From Monocercomonoides exilis PA203 (lineage: Eukaryota > Protista > Preaxostyla), in contig LSRY02000025.1 in the NCBI GenBank assembly GCA_001643675.2, forward strand, positions 372,001-436,000: a stretch of 64,000 nucleotides of DNA, read 5' to 3'. The number at the start of each line of letters is the position of its first letter. The first letter of the stretch is position 1. Positions 12,402 through 24,064 of this stretch are shown here, piece by piece. The notes under the pieces were generated by a model. That model ran no database searches, was not told the DNA's origin, and saw nothing but the letters and a program-made list of their open reading frames with translations. The position numbers and the translations under genes are program-made.

Positions 12402-15385
12402 ATGAGTGAAATGACTAAAAATGACTTCATCAAAGAATTGCCGATTGAATTACAAAGATGCTTGTCAGCGAAAAATATTGTTTGGCAATTTTATTTTATC
12501 CCAGCATGTATAATTATTTATTTTTTAATATAATTCATCTTTGCAGCTTGAAGCATTTGAAAGAAAAGTTGAGGAATTAAAAAACAATGAATGCACATTC
12601 GTGGAATTAATAAGAACAAAATCATCCAATGGCGGAAATTGTATGTTTCTTATTAATTATCACTCAGATTAATTTGCATTTTTCTGCTTTTAAACAAGTC
12701 TACAAACACCCAAACAATACTGGAGAAGAAATTGGAAAGATTCATTTTGAAACATGTAATGGAAAGCTTTGGCTAGCATATACTCCTGTCAAGACAGATG
12801 GATCTCTTAAAAAAGATGGACATATTTATTTCTTGTGCCCAAACAGCAAACAAGGAATAAATTGTGCCACCTCCGGGCGAAAAGGATGCGATAAAGTTGT
12901 GAATCATCGATGCGCATTGACAACTGCATCAACAATTTTACCATATTTCAAGTTTCATCCATCTTCAAGATTGTCTGAAGCGTCAGCAAAGAAAATTGTT
13001 CCAACTCATTTTCAATTTGATTCGTTGGTTGAGCAATATTTGCATTTAATTGGTCATTGCAACATCGCTTTTCTTTCTGCTTACTCCAATGAATTCAACA
13101 AATTTATTTCTTCTTTAATTATCACTTCCCAACAAAATCCAACTCTTTCACCGACAACCATATTTCCAACTCTCACATATAGAAAGCTGACAGCACTTAT
13201 TCAAGAAGAAGGAAAGAAAAGAATTTCTGAACGAAATGCAAAAATATTCAATTCAATGGTTGCCGTAATGATGGACGGAGGGATAGTTGCTGGAAAAAAA
13301 TACACTGTCATCACAATTGTTCCGTTGCAGACAAAGGCATCTCCATTTTTCTGGAAAATTGAAAAGGCATGTTTCACAACCACTGATTATTTCAATCTGG
13401 CTAGTGATATAATTGGAGAAGTTTCGAATTTGAAAGGAGAAGTGCGCTGTTTTTGTACGGACGGCTTGCTTCCACAAAAACTCGCAATTCAAAGCTTTGC
13501 AGATCATTCGAAGTTGTGCTCAGACGAAGAAACACTGAAGAAAATTTCACCGATATTTGTTTACTGTTGTAACCACTTAATCAATCTAATTGTCATACGC
13601 CTTTTTAAGAATTATTCATTTTTCGTTCAATTAAAGGAAGAAATTACATCATTTTCAAAGTTAACAAGAAAATCATCAACAAAGAACCCGTTTTTACCGA
13701 AATGCCCCTCTTTCATTGAAACGAGGTGGCTTTGTCTTTTCGAAATATGTTGTTTTATAACAAAAAATCTTCACAATGCGTCATTTACAGATTTTTTATC
13801 CAAAGAAAAAATTGATGATGTGATCCGATGTGAATTATTACTTGCACCTCTGAAACAACTGCAGTTATTATTTGAAAACGATGAAACAAAACTTGGCGAT
13901 GTGTTTCCCAATGTTCTGAAATCCATTGCACAATACATGTGGTTGCAAGATCTTGAGGAATTTTCTTCCACCGATTGGCAATATGGAGTTTTCTTTATTG
14001 TAATCCAACTGTTCAATTCATTTTTAGGGAAAGAACGAGGAGATCAAATCGCTTTGGCTCATTCCTTAACTCCAATTGGTATTCTTGAATATAGAAACGG
14101 TTTGCTTTCAAAGTGTTATTCAACAGAACTTATGAAATTGAAAGAAAAATACAGGCTGTTCAAATGTTCATCTGCATTTTCAAAGGATTCAGATCAGACT
14201 CAAATTCAAAGGATGCGTTGCGGTACATCAATTCAATCCACAAAAGATATTATGCCAAGTGACTCTGCCTTTCTTTGTCCTTCAAAAGAAATTCCAAATA
14301 TTGTGCTTTCAAAGAATCAACAGAAAAAGTTACAAACATTTTCTCATGCAATGGAAGATAAGAACAGCGAAAATGGATTTTTTGCAGACAAACAATACGC
14401 GCTTTCATTTTTTTCGAAGAATGAAAAAACTAATTTTCCAACAAATTTTCCTCACCCAATATTCTCTTCTCCGTTATCGGTTGAGACTTTTTATTCTGCT
14501 CTCCAATTTATAAGCCCAGAAAAAGATAAAATAGCAGACGCAATTACTGAAACACAAGTTCAACTTCAGCCGCTTCCAAAAGATTTTCACTCCATATCAT
14601 CGACTTCACCAATCTATACACATAACAACAGTTTGCTGCATTTATTAACTCTTTTGACAGAAAATTCACTGATTGAAAAAGAAGCAATTTCAAATGAAGA
14701 TGAAAACCTCGATGAAATTGATTTCGACGAAGCAGGCATTATTCAAGCAGAAAATAATGCAGCTGATGATGAATTCGAGGTTCATTCTCCTTTCTGTGTT
14801 AGAAGTGAGCAAGAGTCATCATTTTTCGAAACAAGAAAAAACCATTCACAACTTGAAGATCATGACATGCAATCAAATTCAACAAAAAAAGATGAAGATA
14901 AAAGCTCCGATAATGTTGAAAACACTTCAGAAGATGACAAAGACGTTGAAGAACTTGGCGCAAATGAATTTTCAGTCATTGATTGCACAATGTCAGCAGA
15001 ACAAATCAAGAAATCTCTATTCAAAATCCAACAAACAATTAATATGGATTGGTTTCTGAGATTAAAGTCAGCATTCAATGATTATCTTCTAAAAATTTCA
15101 TGTCTGAAAGCTTCTTGCTATATTGAGAGCCTCAAAGCATTCTTTTCTTCAATTTTTCTGGACGACTCTCTGCACGTGGAACATTATAATTCTCAAGTTT
15201 TCTATTTTAAAATCAGCAAGCAAGGAATTATTCCAACAATTTTTGCCAATATTTGCTATTCTTTAACGATGTTTCCCTGCAGCGAAGTATCTTGTGAGAG
15301 AATTTTCTCTCGCTTAAGACGAATTATTGGAGGCAGAAGGTTCTCGATTTCACCAGAAACACTTAACGCATTGTTTCTTTTATAA
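12402..15385 (+). CDS. hAT transposase; predicted exons 12402-12479, 12547-12640, 12699-15385
   Basis: DDE-fold motifs VMMDGG and FCTDG, CxxH motif CCNHLINL, ETRW, and C-terminal dimerisation motif PCSEVSCERIFS. Two short phase-compatible GT-AG introns extend the ORF to the ATG at 12402. Confidence 0.88.
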
Positions 15386-16329
15386 AGGATCTTTTTGAAG
15401 ATAAAAGATTTGAGAGCAAAAGCAATCCTTTCACTTTTCAGTGATGAGTTTTGAGAAATGTGTGAAACCTGATAATAATGCCTTCAAAATATTGCAGTTT
15501 TTTGAACAATGTTTGGAGTATTTTCATTATTAATTGTTTTTATATTAACTTTTTTCATTTAACATCAATTTAAGCATAAAGCAATAAAGAAGAAGACAAA
15601 TGGGTTACAAAAACAAGGCATGCTTTATTTTTTTATTGAATCATCTGAAGACTGTGAATGAATGCTTGAAAATATATTTATTTATTTGAATAAAATAATC
15701 TTCTTAGCTTTCACTTGCTATTCATCCAAATCGATGCGTTCAACATTGTTCGTGGAACTTTCGTTTCGAATTCGAACATTTTTTATTCTTCTGAATGACA
15801 AGTGATGTTTAAAACTGATAATAATTGCTGTGAGCCATGTATTTTCTGAGATATTGTATTTTTTCATATCACCAAATCAAACGAACGTTTATTTGCAACA
15901 AAGAACACTTTTGTTCATTCAGTTTTGTTATTTTTGTGTATTTATCTTCGCAATATGTTTCAATTGTTTATAGACGTATATATATCTATGTGCAATTAAT
16001 GTTTTCAATGTGCGAGAACAATTGAATAAAAATTAATGTCAGAAAGCAAAATTAAAAAAAATAAGAACTTCTCCAAGTTCAAAAGAAAGATTGGAAAACA
16101 TGTCTCTAACTCGATAATTTCACCAAAAAAGAAAATTCACCAGGACATGTCATGTTATTATAAAAGGTGTGCTGTTGTTGATACAAATTAATAACAAATA
16201 ACAATAAAAATAAATTAATCAAGTTAATATTGACAATCTTCTTGATAACTGTTGAAAATGACATAACTCTTTTGACGTTGTTCATTATTTTGAAATATCA
16301 GTTCCCTCTGTTATCTCGCAACCATCTTA

Positions 16330-17320
16330 AGAAACGGCTCATCAGTTTCTATTCTCTTTGGTTTTTCTCCGAATCGTATCTCCAGCAACCTGTTTCACAC
16401 CCCCAAACGGAATTGCCAGCTCCACACACTCCTGCAGCATCATCCTTATCGAAAACGCAACCGACTTCTTTGTTGAATGCTTCTTCCTCCCCTCCAGCAG
16501 CTCCGGTGCCATTCACCGCAAACTCTCAAATTGATTGTCTGTTCCCTAAAATGCTGATGAAGGCAACTGTATGTTTCTCCATTCTTGTTGAACGCTGAGC
16601 AATAAGAGGAAGATGTGACAACGGTTGAGGAAGATATTGAGGATGAATCAGAATCATCTGAAAAAATGTCTGAGCATCACAATGCAGATGACCATATGCT
16701 CGGAGAACAGAACAATATGCGGACTGAGATTGGCAAGTGACTGAAGAGGATTTCCCATTTCATCAAAGGAGTGGAGTGCTCCATTTGCCACCCAGAACAG
16801 GATCTGAGCAGCCGTTTGCTCTCTTTCTTTCAACGAGCCAATCGCCATCTCCTTCTTCGCATTCCTTCCATGCAATAGCATGAACAGTGAATCCCTCAGA
16901 TCCACGATCAGTTTCTCATATGGGCATGAGCATGTCATCGCATCCACCAGGTTTGACATTGATGAAGTGGTTGGGCACAGACTCTCTGATCGAACAAAAG
17001 TTGTATCTGTGTCTGAAGTGTCTGTGGTTGAAGTGGATGAAATGAATGGCGATGGTGTTCTCTTTCTTGTTTCATCATCATCTACTTCCTTTTCCAATAC
17101 CCATTCTGGGACCTCATCCGAGTTATTCCCCAAAATATCTTCTGTTGAGAAAATTTCGCTCAACAGATGTTCTGATGTCTCTGAATATTTAACATTTTTC
17201 TCACATATTCTCAATGATCCATTCATTATTTTTCTCTTCCACTTTGTCCTCCTTTCTCTTTTGAAACTTTTCTACCATCATCTCCATCGCTACCACACAA
17301 TCGGCTTTGGACGCCACTCT
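16330..17320 (-). pseudogene. Decayed fragment of the intracellular (pseudo)kinase-like region of the large surface-receptor family, inside the hAT element
   Basis: ORF 16654-17226 (SEHLLSE...SSMSNLVDAMTCS...AAQILFWVAN...LSPHIVLFSEH) continues through stops into LR*MAPELL...SVAFSIRMMLQECVELAIPFG, resembling kinase subdomains VIII-IX. Its 5' end resembles the 3' end of the 37494-39218 ORF. Confidence 0.75.
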
Positions 17321-18652
17321 TTTGATCAAAAACTTATATATTGTCTGACCCTAAAATCTTAAAAAAAGCCTTCTTTCAACCAACAGTTAACAAATAAAAA
17401 ATTTGAAGCACATACGACATTGTCAATGCAACATTTTTTTCACACTTTCCCAAATCAACACATATATCTTCTTGTTTAAAATTTTCATGAACAGGCTTGA
17501 TCGAAATTTCTGTTGTTAACAAAGAACGAAAAATTCACAATCAATTGACTTTTCAAACCATTTTATTAATATTACTTATTCTGGAATATCAGAAATTTGA
17601 AAAAGGAGTCAGCAACTGAAAGCTACACTGATTTTTTGAAAAATATTTCTATTGTTTGTAAAAAAATATAATAACAAGAATTAAGTCAGACTAAATCCTT
17701 GTAATGATAAAAAATAAGTTAATAATGTTCAATTATATTTAGAAATGAAACAATTATTATAAGAAAATCATTAAACAAAACTTTATTCAATGAAATTATA
17801 TCAAGATAAACTTTCAGATAAACATATTTGTAAATTTGAAGATTAAAAAACACTATTCAACCAATTTCTAAGATACATTTGAAAAAATTTCTTTATTTAT
17901 CTTGTGATAAAACAATTGTGCAGAACAATAGAGAAAAAATTATAAGTGTATCTTATTTGAATAATTAAACGAAAATAGAAAGACAAATACGATTTATGAT
18001 CAAGATTGCAGATTAACAAAGAACACACAGTTTATCCACTGATTAACAGAGTGCAAGCCAAGCCTGATGGAGCTATTTCAGGAAAAGCATTTTGATCTAT
18101 CCCTTTATTTAATTAGACATCAGAACAATCAAAACAATGGAGAAAAAATGTAGGAATATATATTAAAATAAAAAAAAAATGAATAATTGACAATGATTTA
18201 TTTCTGAAAAAAGTTTATTTCTAAAAAAACAATCAGTTCTAATTAATTAGAAGTTTGTCGACATTCCTTTGCAAATTCGACCGACTCAATTCACAAAAAA
18301 TTTAATTGTCGCAAAGGATTATCTTCATTTATCATTTTTTGTTTATGTTTCATTATTAAATAATAACCAGTTTATATTGATCTTCAAAAGAATATTAATT
18401 TAATGGGCTTGATCAATATTTGTTTTTGATGAATTTGTTTATTACTTTTTCAGACAGGAGTAGCAAGATTATTATAAAATGAAAATTATCCCCAATAAAG
18501 TATAATGCTATTAAAATAGTTCTTTCTAGTTTATTTAAGACATATTGCGTTTAATTCAATTTTTATTGCTGATTCAAAATTTCTGTAAAATCGATGTTAA
18601 AAAACCGCAATATACCTCAATAGAAATCATTGTTAGATAGTTTTAAAGGTGT

Positions 18653-20023
18653 ATGAGTGAAAATTTATCGGAAAAGCCAACTTTGTAATTGTTATTTTAT
18701 GAAGATTTGTTTTTTCAACTGGAATTTTGCGACATTGATGAGCAGAAACTCAAAATAGATGAAATGAAAGAAATACTTAATAAGATGAGCAAGATAAATT
18801 TTGAATTCTCATATTCTTTTATAATGCACAGAGGAATCGATAAAAAGATTGAAGAGAATAAATTGCTTTTGGATAATGCAATTCTTTTACTGAAACAGTT
18901 AGAATTTTATAAAACGTTGGTGCTGATGAGACGTTTTTGCTATCAACCCGTTTCATTGAGTTCAATATTTGAAAAGTTGATAGCCAATGAAGAAAGGAAA
19001 AAAGACGAAAGGGATGAAAAGTTATTAACAGATTTGAGCATATGCTATCTATCTCTGACAAACTCTTCCAGACAAATACCTAAAACAATGCTATCAATTT
19101 GCGTACCTTGTCTTTTAAAAGCTGCTTTGAACAAAGAGGAAAGCGAGGAGAATCAAAAAGAAGTGGAAATGGCTTTATTGGTTTTGAATAACCTTCATGA
19201 GATTATTGTTTGAACATTTATAAGTATTAATAGATGAACTTTCACAAAAAAATTTTTTTTTAAAAAAAAGGAGGTGAAAAAGGAACTGTATTTGGAGAAA
19301 GTTACAGAAATCATCAGATATCATCAGGAACATCGAAATCTTTCTCATCTTGCATATCAATCTGTTTGGTTGTTTGCTCATTACAGGCTTTTTCGTGAAA
19401 GAGAATTGAGGGAAGAGCTAATGAATAAGTTGAATTTTGTCGGAGAAGCTACAAGAGAATTGGAAGAGCTGGAAAGAAGCTTTGATTGGAAGAAGAAAGC
19501 GAAAACGATGAAGGAGATGATCGGAATAAGCATGATTAAGCGATGGTGCAGTGCTATCGATAGCTGCTTCTGGCACTACCCACTGAAAAAGAGTGATTGC
19601 ACTTCTTTGATAGAGTGCTTGGTTCGGATGTGTCGAGGGGGGAAGGAGAACTACAAAGAATTTGTTGTTGATTGCATTATATATTTTGACAGGATGATCA
19701 AGACGGAATTAGTTGATGTGAAGGACTTTTTGATAGGAGGAGCCATTTCACTCATTTTGGAGGAGATTCTGCACCCAACGCAGAATGATTTGTGGCTTAT
19801 GCATTTTCTTATTTTCTTTGGGGAACTTGCAAAAAGAATAAATACAAATGACTGGGCAGAAAATGAAGATCCCAGCCAAATAATAGCAAAAAGAGACATT
19901 TATGATAAGTTGGAAGAAGAAGGATATGGAGATATTATGCAAAGCTTCTTCCCACAAATGCAAGATAAAACCTTTTATGCAGCTTTGTTTGATAAGTTTT
20001 CTGATTATTTTTTTGAATTGTGA
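18653..20023 (+). CDS. Lineage-specific helical (ARM-like) multigene family protein; intron about 19208-19270; possibly a pseudogene
   Basis: Two ORFs join via GTTTGA...AAG. The motifs ICVPCLLKAAL..EENQKEVEMALL and YHQEHRNLSHLAYQS are ones I recall from an expanded Monocercomonoides family. An in-frame TAA at 18686 follows the ATG at 18653. Confidence 0.65.
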
Positions 20024-20682
20024 ATGTTCGGAACATTTTTCTTTCACAATCTTTCTTTAAATTGAACAAAGAAAGCTATATTTTTTCGGTTTATCTTTTT
20101 TTGAGATTTTTTTTCTTTTTCTTTCTTTCTTTTTCTTTTGAAATTTACAACATTATTTATTTTTGAATCAAATTTATTGAATCATTTGGAAAGTTCCCTT
20201 TTATTTTTCAAGCAACTTTGCTTTCAATTTGAACCACTTTTATTTTTTCCATTGACTTATAAAATTATAATTCTGTTGATTTTTCAAAAATAATATTTAT
20301 GCTGTAAATGTATCTGTTGGAGAAATCAAACGCTTCTGAATTATTTTCTTTTTCTTTAAAAAAACAGTTTATCTTTCATTTGAGTTTTAAAAATTTAACA
20401 AAAAAATTAACTAATTTCTTTGCTTTCTTATTTTTTGAAAATTATTTTCAAACTCGATTTTTATCTCAATAAATCAAAATGCGTCTGATGAAATACATTC
20501 ACCGATTCAAAAACAATGAAACTTAACAGAAACATAACATCAGGAAATTAACAAAAACTAAAAAATGAGCAAATAAAAGAAAAATAGAAAAGAAAAGAAT
20601 TTTCATTTTTCTAATAAATAGATTATTTCCACTAACAATCTTGAAATATTTCAATCTCCTTCTTTCTCCAATTAACTTCATT

Positions 20683-23600
20683 CTAACCATCAGTTTCATT
20701 TGCCACCTTCCCTTCATCATCATTTTTCTTCCTTCTCTTTCTCTTCCACTTCGCCTGCTTCAGCTGTTCAACTGTCACAAGCTCGCTCTCTTCGATATCT
20801 GCTTTCGGCTCAACCTGTCTCATCTTCACTCTCTCCTTCACATTCAAAGAAGAAGAAGAAGAAGAAGAAGAAGAAGAAGAAGAAGAAGAAGAATTCGACT
20901 TCAAACCATCTCCTACACCAAAATAGCTCTCATTCCCAGACTCAGAAGAAGGCTTTGAATGTGAAGCGAACTGGGGTGAGTGGAATAGAGAAAGAGGAGG
21001 TGATGAAACGGTGTATTGTGAAGGAGCAGGAAAAGAAGAGGAGGATGAGGAAGAAGAAGAAGATGATGAATGAGAATAGCGAGATTTGTGCAGAATAAGC
21101 GGTGTGGCTTCTTCACCCGAAGAAGAAGAAGAAGAAGAAGAATCTTTTTTGCTGCGAAGGACGAAAGAAGCAACAGCTGGTGACTCACCAAGCACAGCAG
21201 ACACAGAATGCGCCAAAGGAGAAATGGAATTGGAGGAAGCTAAAGAAGAAATTGATGATGAAGAAATAGAAGCAGAAGAAGGAGAAGGAGAAGAAGATGG
21301 TGAATTGGCTGAATTTGAAGAACTCGATGATTTTGATGCAGAAAGTGGAATGGCAGTGTGAGAAGGAAGATTGGTGAGACGATCAGAGTGATGTGAAGGT
21401 GTGGAAGAGATGCTTTTGATGTATTCAGTGGGCGTCATTGAAAGGCGGACAAGTTGTGCTTGTGTGACAACTGGTGAACTTGAAGGTGCTGTGGAGGTTG
21501 TTTTGGAACTACTTTCAACAGAAGAAGAAGAAGAAGAGGAGGAGGAGGAGGAAAATGAAGTGGTTGAAGTGGTTGAAACCGAAGAAGAGGAGGAGAAAGA
21601 AGAAGAAGAAATGGATTTTGAAGAGTGATTTGATGAATCATTTGCCTTGTGCTCTGAACTTTCAATGAGTGCTGAATGAGGATCAAAAGAAATTGAACAA
21701 TATTTTTTGTTTGATGTTGAATGGATCTCATCCAACAAACCTCTTCCTGTGCAACTGTCTTTTCCATTCTCATCAACACCTTTCTCTTCTTCTCCTCCTC
21801 CTTTTCTCTCTCTTTCTCCACCTTCTTCCTTCTCCTTCTTTTCCGTCAGTTTCATCACAAACTCGTCCACTTTCCGTATGTCTCCCTCCAACACTGCCAA
21901 TCTCTCGTTCGACAAGAACATGTCGAGTGATGTGTCCACACTGATCTTCTTAATCTCTTCCTGCTTCAATCGCTCAAACTCCTTCTCCTTCTGCTCTTTC
22001 AACCTCAGCGCCTTCTCTTTCTCTTTCTCTTTTCTTTTCTTTTCTTCCTCTTCTCTCTCTTTCCTCTTCGCTTCCATTTCAGCAGCTTTCTTTTCCTCTT
22101 TCTCTTTCTGCTTCTTCTCTTCCATCTTTCGCTTCCTGTTTTGTTCAGCAATCTTTTCCAATCTTCTCATTTCGCTTCGAGGCAGCACAGGAGGTGCCTT
22201 GGGCAGTGCACGAAGAGCATTTGGTGAGGTGAATGGAGGAATGTCTGGTGTGTTTGGAGGAAGAGGAAGAGGAGGAGGAGTTGAAATGGCAGATGGAGTG
22301 AGAGGAGAAGAGGAAGAGGAAGATGTTGAATGAGATGGAGAAGAAATAGATTGAGAAGAGGAGCTAGATGAACCAAAGGCCTTGAAAAATGAGAGAAATT
22401 TTGGTGTTCTTTTTGCTTTGCTTGTACTTGTTGTAGGATCACTTGATGATTCACTTTTAATATCACTTTTTGGTTCTTCTTTGACATCTGCTTCTTTTTC
22501 ACTGCTTTGTTCTTTCTCTTCAAGCTGAAATGTTTCTTGAACGTTTTGTTTATCTTTAACTTGAGCGCTGCCTGAATGTGTCTCTTCTGTATTCAATTGA
22601 GCATTTTCCGAAATTTTATTTGCACTGATATATTTCTCTGCTTCAACTGCAAATGAATTTTCATCTATTTCTCTCAATTCACTTCTTTCATTTTGAGTTT
22701 TCTCACTTTCCACAGAAAAATCACTTGCTTTCTCTTCACCTTCTGATTGTTTCCCATCCATCTCTGAAGAATGAGGAGATGTTTCAATAGAACTGGAGTT
22801 TGGCCTTATTTTAGTCAGACTTTTGATGCAAAGCTCCTCTTCGCTTTTCACTCTGTCAAATTCTTCTTTCAGCATTTGGCAGCGAAGCCGATAAAACGGA
22901 AGTTGCAAAAACGATTTGACAAATTCCAGTCCAATATGTTGACGGATCGAAACGAAAGAATAGAAAATCGTTCGGTTTTGCAAAGAAAATTGAAATTTAG
23001 ATGAAATCGAATTGTCAACATTGTCGTGTCTTTCCGCAATCAGTTCCAAAAAAGAAGGAGAAAATATTGATTCAATTGACAGAATTTTAGAATCATTCAA
23101 ATGTTCATCGATAAAATTTATCAAAATAGCAATTGGGATTGAAGGAGATGCTTTTCTAATGTGCTCTTCCACGTAGTTAACAGTCTTCCGTTTGCTTGGA
23201 TTACATATAAAAATGATTGCATTTGTTTCTTCATCACAGTACGATTTCGCATCATTTTGTTCTATATTTTTCTGATTCATGCATCTGTCAATTAACTGTG
23301 AATTAATATTTTGAAATAGCATTTCAAAGCAAATATAAAAATTCAATTCAAAACAATAAATAGCCATTATTCATACATTTATATTTATTTTTTCTTCGTA
23401 TCCTGTGTTTATTTAAAACAAATGTTTCCAACTACAATGAACAAAGGAATTAAGTGTTAATAAAAAGTCAAACCTGGAACATCAATCTTCACTTGCTTTC
23501 TTTGAATAGTTTTTGTTGGAATATAATTTGATGTGAATTCTTCTCCGCTAAGTGCGCGTATCAGCTGAGTCTTTCCTGTTCGAGGTAATCCATCAACATT

Positions 23601-23720
23601 AACATGCAAATTGTTTGTTCCAATTAGTGGATTTTGAGGAAATAAATGCGCTCCATCAGAACTGAATGGCTTTATATCATTCGGCAGTCCGATTTGATTA
23701 AGCCTTTTCTTCGTAAACAT
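20683..23720 (-). CDS. RABL6 (Parf)-like atypical Rab GTPase with long coiled-coil and Ser-rich tail; intron(s) in about 23300-23480
   Basis: P-loop-like DGLPRTGKTQLIRALSGEEFTSNYIPT, then AIIFICNPSK and PIAILINFID. The segment SIRQHIGLEFVKSFLQLPFYRLRCQML resembles the RABL6 post-G-domain segment GLKYLHKFFNIPFLQLQR. Confidence 0.72.
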
Positions 23721-24064
23721 GGCAATATTTATCCATGAATTTGATATTATTTTTATGGGACGAAAACCTGTGAAAGATATACGTTATCAAACTCTTTTCA
23801 AAATAATATTTTTTATCGAGGATATTTTTCCATTTTGGAACCATAAATTAATTTGAGACTTTCTTTTCAAGAACATTTTCTTTGAAAAAACTTGATGAAT
23901 TTACAATAAAAATATTTTTCAAGAAACTTTATGTGAAATATATATGGATTTTTATGGAAACATAATCATTGTTTGCATTTTTGTAAATATGCGAACGTGA
24001 TTGATCAATCATTTTCCCGCAAGAAAAATGCAGGTTATTCATTACAAAAAAAATTCGGCAAACG

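Larger units (their letters stand above)
11851..18321 (+). mobile_element. Complete hAT-superfamily DNA transposon (6471 bp) with transposase and host-derived cargo
   Basis: Termini TAAGCCTTTGCGACA (from 11851) and TGTCGCAAAGGATTA (to 18321) match at 14/15 as inverted repeats. Perfect 8-bp TSD TCTTCATT at 11843-11850 and 18322-18329. CGAC-rich subterminal motifs at both ends and an internal hAT transposase. Confidence 0.92.

Noticed and set aside
17226-17275. FKRERRTKWKRK looks like homeodomain helix 3
   Set aside because: It lacks the WFxN core and arises from a shifted frame of the purine-rich juxtamembrane segment of the cargo.
18653-18700. TAA/TAG-to-Gln recoding, as in some other oxymonads, suggested by the in-frame TAA at 18686
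   Set aside because: Intact genes here end at TAA at the expected C-termini (protease, elongase, transposase, DUF1846) and long ORFs contain no internal TAR. Relics contain all three stop types.
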